The position numbers and the translations under genes were made by a program. Positions 1 to 8,017 of a stretch of DNA of 64,000 bases are shown piece after piece. Under the pieces are notes generated by a model that saw nothing but the letters and a program-made list of their open reading frames with translations, made no database searches and was not told the DNA's origin. The DNA comes from Elusimicrobiota bacterium (GTDB taxonomy: Bacteria; Elusimicrobiota; Elusimicrobia; UBA1565; UBA9628): positions 1,627,047 through 1,691,046 of the forward strand of contig CP096137.1 of the NCBI GenBank assembly GCA_023213235.1. The letters are read 5' to 3'. Each line of letters opens with the position of its first letter. Within the stretch, counting starts at the first letter, position 1.

Positions 1-605
1 GGCGGCCTCGGAGTAGCGCACCGCGTGCTTGGGGCCGTTGAGCTCCATCATGCCGCGGTGATGCAGGAAGATCACGTCGAAGTCGCGGATGCCCAGATCC
101 TTGACGCAGAAGCGGAAGAACGCCGGGAGCTCCTTGTAGTTGCGCGCGGTGACGACGAAGTTGAGCCCGACGTAGACGCCGAGCTTGCGCAGATGCCCGA
201 TCGCCGCGACGGCGGCGTCGAAGGCGCCGGGCAGGACGAGCAGCTCGTCGTGCAGCGGGGCCGAGGCGGCGTGCAGAGAGACGCGCGCGTAGTTGAGGCC
301 CGAGTCCTTGAGGCGGCGCGCGTACGTGAGATCGGCCAGGCGCACGGCGTTCGTCCCGATCTGGATGCGCTCGAAGCCGAGCTTGCGCGCGAGCAGGAGC
401 AGCTTCGGCAGGTCCTTGTGCACGGTCGGGTCGCCGCCCGTGAACCAGACGCCGTCGAAGCCGTCCGCGCGCGCCTTCGTCATGAGCCCCGCGGCGCGCC
501 GCAGCTCGATCTCCTGCGCGAGCACGTCGGGCGTCAGCGGGGGTTGTAGCAGAAGCCGCACTTGGCGTTGCAGGCGTAGCCGAGCAGGAGCTCGTAGGTC
601 TTCAC
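1..605 (-). CDS. Radical SAM peptide-maturase-like enzyme (PqqE/SPASM-type), N-terminal ~200 aa; continues beyond window start
   Basis: GTG start at 605 overlaps the halogenase stop (GTGA). Residues 9-22 read GYACNAKCGFCYNP, a CX3CX2C radical-SAM cluster motif in PqqE-like context, followed by a GGDP block. A 1-nt frameshift about 8 codons after the motif (near 538) is why the track ORF 534..1706 ends there. There is no stop within the window. Confidence 0.7.
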
Positions 606-2332
606 GCGCGCTCCGCGACCGCGGGGCCGAGCACTCCCTGCACCGCGAGCTCCTCGACGAACCGCCGGCCGGGGCCCTCCCACCACCACGCGGGGATGTC
701 CTTCCCGGCGAGCAGCGCGCCGAGCTCTCCCATCGTCCGCGAGCCGTCGAGCGCGGCGAGCAGGACCTCGTGCCACCGCGTGACGAAGCGCCTCGGGTTC
801 AGCGCGTCGCGCACCGAGTCGCCCGGATCCTCCTTCAGGAACCGCGCGCGCTTGACGGGCTTCAGGCGCCCGCCGGCGCCCGCGGGGAGGAACGAGATCG
901 AGACGTCGAACGGCGTCAGCAGGCGCGGCGCGTCGCCGTCGCCGAAGCGGCAGACGGGCGCCCCTCCGGGCGCGTTCTTGAGCACCTCGACGTAGAACGG
1001 GTAGTCCTCGGGCCGGGTCGGGGTCTCGTCGAGCAGGCTGCTCGCGGAGAACAGGCGGTCGTAGTGCTGCGTCAGGCCCGCGGACACCGTCACGAACGCG
1101 GCCTTGTCGCTCTGCACGACCGGCAGCCACGCGCGCTGGATGCGCCCGGCCTCGGCCCACCACTTGGACGCGTCCTTGTCGTGGCCGTACCAGAACAGCG
1201 CCATCACGAAGTACTGCGCGGCCGACTCCCGGCAGAAAGCGCCGTAGTCCTTCCAGAGCAGTTCGCGCTCCGCGGCGCCGGCCGCCCACTGGCTGATCAA
1301 GGTGTACGCCGCGCGGTGCGCGCCGACGTGCGCGAGCGTGACGCCCGTGGACAGGATCGGGTCGACGAAGATCGCGGCGTCGCCGGCGGCGAGCCACCCC
1401 GGCCCCGCCGCGGCGCGGTTGAGGTAGGACCAGTCGCTGTGGCTGAAGAAGCTCTGTCCCGAGCCGTCGAAGTTCTCGACCCGCTCGGCCTCCGTCATCA
1501 GGGGAGCGAGCTCGTCGCACGCCGCGAGCTCGCGCGCGAACAGCGCCTCGAGCTCCAGCCCCGACTTCTTGAGGTTCTCGACGGTCGTCACGAGGCCGAC
1601 GGAGACGACGCCGTCGTCGATCGGGATGTACCAGAACCAGCCCGGCCCGACCGAGCACACGAAGATCTTCGTCTTGTCGGGATGGCCGGAGTAGGTGTAC
1701 TTCCACTTCGCGCCGCGGTAGTACGCGTAGCCCGCGACGTTGCGCAGGGACGCGTGGTAGCCGCGGATCTCGCGGTACTTCGACAGGAACCCCGCCTGTC
1801 CGCTGCAGTCGGCGACGAACTCCGCCTCGCGGCGGCGCGGGCCTCCGGGCTCGAGCGTCTCGAGGCCCGCGATCGCGCCGTCCTTCTCGATGATGCCGGT
1901 CGCCTTGGCGCCGCGGACCACCTCGACGCCGGACTCCTCGGCGTGCTTGAGCAGGATCTCGTCGTAGCGCGACCGCCGCACCTGCCAGGCGTACTCGATG
2001 CGTTCCGGGATCTTCCCGAAGCGGCGGATCATCTCGGTGACGTTGACTTCGTTGAAATCGTTCTCCCAGACCTTCCGGCCCGCGCCCCAGACGTAGTTGG
2101 CGCCGATCTTCTTCGGGAAGCCGGCTCCGTCGACCTTCTCGAAGACGCCCATCTCCTTGAGCACGGGCACGATCCCGGGCAGGAGGGACTCTCCGATGTG
2201 GTGGCGCGGGCCCGCCTCCTTCTCGAGGAGCAGGACGCGGCGCTCGGGCGCGTATTTCTTGACGAGCGTCGCCAGCGTGCAGCCGGCGGGGCCGGCGCCG
2301 ATGACGATCAGGTCGTGGGGTCGGTTGTTCAC
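602..2332 (-). CDS. FAD-dependent halogenase (tryptophan-halogenase family) with C-terminal PqqD-like RRE domain
   Basis: Lies in track ORF 602..3010; GTG start at 2332 overlaps the upstream gene's stop. N-terminal DLIVIGAGPAGC Rossmann FAD motif, a GWFWYIP (WxWxIP) halogenase signature, and an HIGESLLPG segment. The last ~80 aa (RFVTRWHEVLLAALDGSRTMGELGALLAGK...RFVEELAVQGVL) resemble the PqqD/RRE winged helix. Confidence 0.75.
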   Translation of the reverse strand: MNNRPHDLIVIGAGPAGCTLATLVKKYAPERRVLLLEKEAGPRHHIGESLLPGIVPVLKEMGVFEKVDGAGFPKKIGANYVWGAGRKVWENDFNEVNVTEMIRRFGKIPERIEYAWQVRRSRYDEILLKHAEESGVEVVRGAKATGIIEKDGAIAGLETLEPGGPRRREAEFVADCSGQAGFLSKYREIRGYHASLRNVAGYAYYRGAKWKYTYSGHPDKTKIFVCSVGPGWFWYIPIDDGVVSVGLVTTVENLKKSGLELEALFARELAACDELAPLMTEAERVENFDGSGQSFFSHSDWSYLNRAAAGPGWLAAGDAAIFVDPILSTGVTLAHVGAHRAAYTLISQWAAGAAERELLWKDYGAFCRESAAQYFVMALFWYGHDKDASKWWAEAGRIQRAWLPVVQSDKAAFVTVSAGLTQHYDRLFSASSLLDETPTRPEDYPFYVEVLKNAPGGAPVCRFGDGDAPRLLTPFDVSISFLPAGAGGRLKPVKRARFLKEDPGDSVRDALNPRRFVTRWHEVLLAALDGSRTMGELGALLAGKDIPAWWWEGPGRRFVEELAVQGVLGPAVAERA

Positions 2333-3176
2333 GGGGAGGCTTTGGCGAACTCGGGCCACGAGAAGCGGCCGCAGTACCAGTCCTCGAGCTGCTTGGCGTA
2401 CACGCCGCAGCTCTCCGGCTTGTTCGTCATGAAGAAGCGGCACAAGCCGGACTCGCCGCACAGCTCGGCGTCGCCGGCCTTGCTCGCCTTGAGGAACGCG
2501 CCGTAGTCCGTGCACTCCTGCTTGTCGTTGCACTCCTCGGGGTTCGCGGGGTCGTTGTTCATCGTGAACCCCTTGAACTCCTTGCAGTAGGAGTCCTCGC
2601 CGTAGAAGGACGCGAGCGTCTCCGGGCAGTGCTTGACCCACTTCTCCTGCTTCTCGGCGTAGGCCATGCCGGGGACGGTGAGCGCGGCGCAGGCGGCCTT
2701 GGAGTCCTCCCAGTGGGCGAGCCACGCGTCGCAGGCGCGTTCGCGGGACTCCGGGGCGAAGGTGTCGTTGCCGGACTTCAGGAACTGGAGGCACAGCTTG
2801 CGGGCCTTCGGCTTCTTCTGCGCCGCGGCGTAGAAGAAGCGGTCCTTGTGCAGGTTGTCGGAGCAGATCTTGGCCGTGTTGCCGATGAGGCCGATCTCGG
2901 GCTCGTGGAAGTTCTCGAGCGCGCCGCAGCGCGGCTTGCCGTCGGCGTGGGACCGGCACTGGTAGTAGCGCACGAAGTGCATCGCGAAAAGGTCGAGTTG
3001 CGCCTTCCACTTGTTCGTCCCGAGCTGGCCGCGGATCTCCTTGACCATCTTGTCCGGAGAGAAATTCGCGCGGCAGGAGGCGGCGTCGGCGCTCGCCGCG
3101 GGGCGGGGGCGGTCTCGGTTTCGCAGCGCGCGGAGGACGCCAAAGACGCGGTCAATACGATGAGCGCGATTCGCAT
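2329..3176 (-). CDS. Cysteine-rich secreted protein (about 14 Cys); signal peptide encoded in a shifted frame
   Basis: ORF 2329..3048 (MVKEIRG..., many Cys) has an upstream in-frame extension without a start codon. ORF 2778..3212 encodes MRIALIVLTASLASSA (signal peptide, ATG 3176) in the +1 frame. A 1-nt slip in the CCCCCGCCCCG run near 3100 would fuse the signal peptide to the mature protein. Alternative start at 3212. Confidence 0.5.
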
Positions 3177-3179
3177 CGG

Positions 3180-3284
3180 TTTTCTCCCGTAAAACCCTTT
3201 AATTATCGTCATTATTTGAACGGCACGCGCCGTTCACGCCGATGTTACCTTATTAGGGAAAGTGTAGCCCCCGAAATCAATAAA
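3180..3284 (-). promoter_or_regulatory. AT-rich intergenic region with inverted repeat GAACGGC-N4-GCCGTTC upstream of the Cys-protein/halogenase/rSAM operon
   Basis: Locally low GC (taaaaccctttaattatcgtcattatttgaa), a 7-bp inverted repeat around 3219-3236, and GATAAT and TTCAAA hexamers on the minus strand. The promoter assignment is tentative. Confidence 0.25.
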
Positions 3285-3806
3285 TCAAGCCACTTTTGCC
3301 TTCAGAAACAATGCCGGCGGCAGAAACATGGCCAGCAGCATGGCGATGCGTTTACCCCGCGTGAAGTAGCCGATGGCTCCGCCGAGAAGCTCGAGCCGCG
3401 CGGGAAAATGCCACAACAGGGCGAGAACGATCGCGTTCTCGATGAAGTCGAGGGCCAGGTAGGCGGCGGGCATGGCCCCCAGCGCCTTTCGGAGCGCCGG
3501 GCTCATGCTCAGCCTGTCCGTGGTGAAGCGCGCGAGCACCGTGAAGAAGGCGAAGACGGTGAGGGGAAAGACGAGGTCGATCGTCAGCACGGTGCGCAGG
3601 TACATGCGGCGGCCGTGCTCGCCCATCGCCTCGAGCCGCCGATAGGTCTCGTCGCTCGAGAACGAGGCCTGCATGTCGAGAATCTTCTGTCCGCCCGTCG
3701 CCTCCATCAGATGCGCCAGGCTTCCCGGAAACTTCAGGGCGTGGGTGATCACGAAAACGACGAGGACCGCGGCGAACGCGATCAGCAGCGACTTGGGACG
3801 GGTCAT
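3285..3806 (-). CDS. Integral membrane protein, unknown function (5-6 predicted TM helices)
   Basis: Track ORF of 173 aa, hydrophobic throughout. Its start overlaps the tetR stop (3803/3806), so it is probably co-transcribed with the TetR regulator. Confidence 0.5.
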   Translation of the reverse strand: MTRPKSLLIAFAAVLVVFVITHALKFPGSLAHLMEATGGQKILDMQASFSSDETYRRLEAMGEHGRRMYLRTVLTIDLVFPLTVFAFFTVLARFTTDRLSMSPALRKALGAMPAAYLALDFIENAIVLALLWHFPARLELLGGAIGYFTRGKRIAMLLAMFLPPALFLKAKVA

Positions 3807-4462
3807 GGCTTCCTCCTGCGTCTGGGCGCCGAATCCGGCTTCAGCATCGCGGCCAGGATTTCGGCTCCGCCCTGGATCGTCGATTCCTTCCTGCGCGCGT
3901 CGAGCTCCTCGAGCTTGATCATCAGCGCGAACTGGTGGAAGAATCCGCTGACGGCGGCGATCTGGAGTTCGAGGGGGACCGCGGTTCCGATCCGGCCCTC
4001 AGCGCGCCCTTTGACGAGCCAGGCGCGCAGCACGCCGAAAAGAGTCCTGTTCCCGAAGCGCGAGGCGACCTTCGGCCAAAACAGGGACAGGTGATCGTGA
4101 ACGAAGAGCACGGACTCGAGATCGTCCGACAGCAGCTCGACGTAGGTTCGCATCCACTGCAGCAGGACCGCCTTCGTCGGCCCCTCCTTCTCGAAGTCGG
4201 TCTCGAACTTCGTCAGCAGCTCCCGGTAGGCGCGCTCGAACAGGTAGACGCCGAGCGCCTCCTTCGAATCAAAATACTTGAAGAGGGCCGGATTCGTGTA
4301 GCGCGCCTCGGCGGCGATGTCGCGGATCGTGGTCGCGTCGTAGCCGTTGGAGACGAACAGCTTGAGCGCGGCGTTGAGGATGGCGCGTTTGGAGGGGGGT
4401 CTCCTTCGCTGAGGATCGTCCTGTCCCTGCGGGTGCCGTCGGCCATGACCGAAGGTTAGCAT
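3803..4462 (-). CDS. TetR/AcrR family transcriptional regulator
   Basis: N-terminal HTH segment AILNAALKLFVSNGYDATTIRDIAAEARYTNPALFKYF is a typical TetR DNA-binding domain, with a C-terminal ligand-binding region. Its ATG lies at the centre of an 18-bp palindrome. Confidence 0.75.
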   Translation of the reverse strand: MLTFGHGRRHPQGQDDPQRRRPPSKRAILNAALKLFVSNGYDATTIRDIAAEARYTNPALFKYFDSKEALGVYLFERAYRELLTKFETDFEKEGPTKAVLLQWMRTYVELLSDDLESVLFVHDHLSLFWPKVASRFGNRTLFGVLRAWLVKGRAEGRIGTAVPLELQIAAVSGFFHQFALMIKLEELDARRKESTIQGGAEILAAMLKPDSAPRRRRKP

Positions 4463-4471
4463 ATGCTAACC
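4454..4471. promoter_or_regulatory. Perfect 18-bp palindrome GGTTAGCATATGCTAACC, candidate TetR operator
   Basis: Read directly from the sequence. The palindrome is centred on the tetR start codon (CATATG) between the multicopper-oxidase stop (4494) and tetR. TetR operators are typically 15-20 bp palindromes. Confidence 0.6.
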
Positions 4472-4493
4472 ACGGCGTCAAGGGAGGAGGACT

Positions 4494-5849
4494 CTAGTGG
4501 TGATCCCGTTCAGGAACCAGGTCCATCCCGCATTTCGGGCAGCGTCCGGGCTTATCCGACCTCACCTCGGGGTGCATCGGGCAGGCGTAAACCCCTTTTT
4601 CGGTCGTCGCCGGCTCGGGCGCTTTTTTCTTGGCGTTGATGGAAGAAGCGACCGTGCCCGGCGGGTTCTTGAACCAGCCGAGATCGCCCGGCAGCTTGAC
4701 CCTCTTCATGTAGTCCTCGGCGCTCGCGAAGGCCGGCAGATCGGAGTGAACCTTCATCACCGTGAACATTCCGCCCATCTCGAGCGAGCCGAACGGCCCG
4801 TCGCCGCCCATCATCGGCAAGGTGTTCTCCGGTCCCTCCATGTGCTTGGCGTGCTGGGAGTGCTCGCCCATCCCCGTCTCGCCCATCGCCATGTAGCCCG
4901 GGACGAGCTTCTTGATCTTGTCTTCGACGCCCTTCTGGTCGACGCCCAGCATGTTGGGCACGTCGTGGCCCATGGGGTTCATCGGATGGTGGCGCTTGTG
5001 GCAGTGAAGCGCCCAGTCGCCGGCGATCGCGGTGAACTCGAAGTCGCGCGTCTGTCCGGGGCAGACGACGACCGTCGTCTCCGGCCACTGCGCGGATTCC
5101 GGGATGTCGCCGCCGTCGGTGGCGACGACCTTGAACGTGTGGCCGTGGATGTGGATCGGGTGGCAGTCCTGCGAGACGTTGCCGATGCGCACGCGCACGC
5201 GCTCTCCGGGCTTGGCGCCGAGCGGCGCCGTGCCGGGGAACGAACGGCTGTTGAACGTGAACAGGTTGAAGTCCGTCATCTCGCTCGGGTTCGGCCGCGC
5301 GGCGCCCGGGGCGACGTCCCATTCGTTGAGGAACAGCGCGTAGTCGCGGTCGATCGCGCGCTTGCGCTCCTTCGGGTGGATGATGAAAAAGCCCATCGTG
5401 CCGAGGCCGATCTGGACCATCTCGTCGGCGTGCGAGTGGTACATCTGGGTCCCGTGCTGCTTGAGCGTGAACTCGTAGGCGAAGGTGTCGCCCGGGGGGA
5501 TGGCGGGTTGGGAGAGCCCGGCCACGCCGTCCATGCCGCTCGGCAGCAGCAGGCCGTGCCAATGGACGGCGGTCGCCTCGCGGAGCTTGTTCTCGACGAG
5601 GATGCGGACGCGGTCGCCCTCGACGGCCTCGATCGTGGGGCCGGGCGTCTGCCCGTTGTAGCACCAGGCCTTGATCGTCGAGCCCGGCGCCAGTTCGTGA
5701 TCGCACGGCTCCACCGTGAGGCGGAAGACCTTCACTCCGTCCTTCATCTCCCACTTGAGCGTCGAACCGTTGGGCGTGATCACGGGGGTGTACGCATGGG
5801 CGGCATGAGCCATGCCCAGGGCCAAAGCCGTCATCAAAGTGCGCATCAT
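4494..5849 (-). CDS. Multicopper oxidase (CopA/CueO-like) with C-terminal YHS/TRASH metal-binding domain
   Basis: Signal peptide MMRTLMTALALGMAHAAHA preceded by the RBS GGAGGA. Cupredoxin copper motifs HWHG, HSH, HPIHIHGH and HCH are present. The C-terminus reads YACPMHPEV...GRCPKCGMDL, a CPxH...CPxCGM YHS/TRASH motif. Confidence 0.8.
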   Translation of the reverse strand: MMRTLMTALALGMAHAAHAYTPVITPNGSTLKWEMKDGVKVFRLTVEPCDHELAPGSTIKAWCYNGQTPGPTIEAVEGDRVRILVENKLREATAVHWHGLLLPSGMDGVAGLSQPAIPPGDTFAYEFTLKQHGTQMYHSHADEMVQIGLGTMGFFIIHPKERKRAIDRDYALFLNEWDVAPGAARPNPSEMTDFNLFTFNSRSFPGTAPLGAKPGERVRVRIGNVSQDCHPIHIHGHTFKVVATDGGDIPESAQWPETTVVVCPGQTRDFEFTAIAGDWALHCHKRHHPMNPMGHDVPNMLGVDQKGVEDKIKKLVPGYMAMGETGMGEHSQHAKHMEGPENTLPMMGGDGPFGSLEMGGMFTVMKVHSDLPAFASAEDYMKRVKLPGDLGWFKNPPGTVASSINAKKKAPEPATTEKGVYACPMHPEVRSDKPGRCPKCGMDLVPERDHH

Positions 5850-5851
5850 GT

Positions 5852-7332
5852 TTACTGTCCTCCGTCCGGAAGCTTGCCGCCGGCCACGCGCTCGAGTTCG
5901 GCGCGTTGGCTCCAATAGTCCTTCAAGGCGTCGACGTAGGCCGACGACGCGTCGAGCTCCAGGCGCTTGGCCTCGAGCAGGCCGTAGACGCCCTTGAGCA
6001 TGTAGTTGTAGTTTTTGAGCGTCTCCGCGATGCCTTCCTTGCGGTCGGCCAAGGCCTTCGCGTACGCGGCGACCGCCTCGCGGGCGGCCGCCAACTCCGC
6101 GCTCGTCACGCGCGCCTCGTAGCGGATCGCGGTCTCGAGCGACTCGACCGAGGCCAGGCTTTGCCGGCGCTGCGCGGCGAGACGGGCGCGGGACGCCTGC
6201 CGCCGCTCGAAGATCGGAATACCGATCTCGAACTCCGGGCCGAATTTCGACTCGCCGGAATACTCGCGCTCGGTGTCGACTCCGACCTCGAGCGGACCGA
6301 AGAAGCGCAGGCGCTCGACGGCGAGCGCGTCCTTGAGCACCTGAGGATCCCGGCGGGCCGCCGCGAGGTCCCAGCGCTGCGAGAGCGCGGCCTGCTCCAC
6401 CGCCGCGGAGGACGGGTCCACCGCGGGCGGCGCGGGGAGCTCGTCGGGGACCGTCCAGTCCGCCCGGTCCTGGATCGCGAGAAGCATCGCCAGGCGCTCG
6501 CGGGCGGCCGCGGCCCGGGAGCGCTCGTGCGCGAGCTCCGCCGCCGCCGTCTGCCTCGAGGCGCGCTCGTTGGCCAGGTCCAAGGCGCTGATGTTGCCCG
6601 CCGCGCGCTGCCGCTCGGCGAGCTCCACCGCCGCGTCGAGGCTCTCGACCGCCTGCTCACGCAAGGCCAGCCGCCGGCGAGCCGCGACGTGCGCATAGAA
6701 GGCGCTCCGGGCCTCGGCCTCCAAGCCGAGGACCTCGTGGCCGAGGCGGGACTTCGCCTGCTCGAGCCGCTGCGACGCCACGCGCTTGCGCAGCGGGCGC
6801 TCGACGAAGTCGAGCAGGTTCACCTTCACGCCGAACTCGTGGCCCGCGGCTCCCGAGCCGCCGGCGAAACGCATCTGCCCGTGCACGCGCGGATTCTCCA
6901 GGATGCCCGCTTGGGAGAGATCGGCCTGAGCCAGGCCCACCTCCTCGAGCTTCACTTTGAACGCGGGATTGCGGGCCAGCGCGATGCGCGCGGCCGCGTC
7001 GGCGGTCAGCGTCTCGGCGAGCAGGGCCGACGGGTCCGGCGCGGGCGCGGCGGCGCTCGCCAGCGCGGACAGCAGCTCAGGACCGTCCCCGCCGCCGCGG
7101 GAGCCGCCGACGCCGGCGCCAGGACGACGTCGAGGGCGTCGAATTGAGGCGCGACGGACGGGGCCGCCGCCGGGACGGCGGCGCGCATGCAGCAATCGGC
7201 GCTCTTCTCCGCCTTCGGAGCCCGCTGACAGCAGGAGTGGTCCTGCGCGGCGTCCGCGGCCGCGGCCAAGGGCATCAGGCAGGTGCAGGACCCGAGAAAC
7301 ACCGCGAGCGCGGCCGCGACGATCGACTTCAT
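5852..7332 (-). CDS. Outer-membrane efflux lipoprotein, TolC/CusC/NodT family; N-terminus frameshifted
   Basis: ORF 5852..7195 matches an OMF alpha/beta-barrel protein (PELLSALA...NPAFKVKLEEV...). ORF 7006..7332 encodes MKSIVAAALAVFLGSCTC (lipobox LGSC) plus a Cys-rich linker (SCCQ, DCCM) in another frame. A 1-nt slip in the GGCGGCGGGG run near 7100 joins them. Confidence 0.7.
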
Positions 7333-7344
7333 GTCCAGAGTATA

Positions 7345-7373
7345 GAACCTAACGTCTACAGCCGCAAGGCGGA
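7345..7373 (-). promoter_or_regulatory. Putative sigma70 promoter TTGCGG-N17-TATACT for the OMF/MCO transcription unit
   Basis: Minus-strand reading cTTGCGGctgtagacgttaggttcTATACTctggacATG. The -10 element is only about 7 nt from the ATG, implying a leaderless or near-leaderless transcript. Confidence 0.3.
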
Positions 7374-7403
7374 CGGCGGACGAGAAATTGGTATTCTGAG
7401 GGT

Positions 7404-7955
7404 ATGAAACGGGCGCGCGACGAAGCGGCGGCGCAGCTGGCGCGGGAACGCGGGCGGTTCCTCGCGTTTCTCGAGGCTCGTCTGGGGTCGCGCGAGGAAG
7501 CCGAGGAGCTTCTTCAGGCGGCCTACGTCAAAGGACTCAAGTCCTCGGAGACTATAAAGGATCGTGAAAAGGTCACCGCCTGGTTCTTTCAGCTGCTGCG
7601 CAACGCGTTGACCGACCATTGGCGCAAAAAGGCCGCCGAGGGCCGCGCCGTGAACGCGTTCGGCGCCGAGACGGCGCGGCAAGAGAAGCTGGACTCCGCC
7701 AAGCTCGACCGCGAGGTCTGCAAGTGCGTGAGCGCGCTCGTCGGGACCATCAAGCCCGAGTACGCGGACGCGATCAGGAAGGTCGATCTCGAGGACGCGA
7801 GCGTGAAGGACCTGGCCAAGACCGCGGGCGTGAGCGCGAACTCCGCGGCCGTCCGGCTGCACCGGGCGCGCAAGACGCTCAAGAAGCGGCTCATTCAGAC
7901 CTGCGGCAAGTGCGCCGAGCACGGCTGCCGCGACTGCGACTGCGGCAAGGTGTAA
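7404..7955 (+). CDS. ECF sigma-70 factor with C-terminal Cys-rich extension (CorE-like copper-responsive type)
   Basis: Sigma region 2 (TAWFFQLLRNALTDHWRKK) and region 4 (VKDLAKTAGVSANSAAVRLHRARKTLKKRL) are both present. The C-terminal tail CGKCAEHGCRDCDCGKV is Cys-rich. It sits between the copper efflux genes and copA. Confidence 0.75.
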   Translation: MKRARDEAAAQLARERGRFLAFLEARLGSREEAEELLQAAYVKGLKSSETIKDREKVTAWFFQLLRNALTDHWRKKAAEGRAVNAFGAETARQEKLDSAKLDREVCKCVSALVGTIKPEYADAIRKVDLEDASVKDLAKTAGVSANSAAVRLHRARKTLKKRLIQTCGKCAEHGCRDCDCGKV

Positions 7956-8017
7956 TGCTTCCGGGGCTCGTCCGTCTCCTTGGGTGAGAGCCGCTCAAGG
8001 CTCGAAGGAGAACGACG

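Noticed and set aside
534-1706. Minus-strand ORF of 390 aa overlapping the halogenase gene
   Set aside because: Only its last 24 codons (VKTYELLLGYACNAKCGFCYNPR) are real, being the N-terminus of the rSAM gene. The rest is an out-of-frame read-through across the halogenase coding region.
293-2506. Long plus-strand ORF (737 aa) and many other long ORFs on the opposite strand of real genes (for example 4497..5918, 5906..7147, 18205..19560, 21528..22592, 23073..25406, 27382..29697, 35838..38861, 61841..63940)
   Set aside because: Their translations are Arg/Ala/Gly/Pro-rich low-complexity text typical of antisense 'shadow' ORFs in 70% GC DNA. The opposite strand carries well-motifed proteins (halogenase, MCO, outer-membrane factor, TPR and kinase genes).
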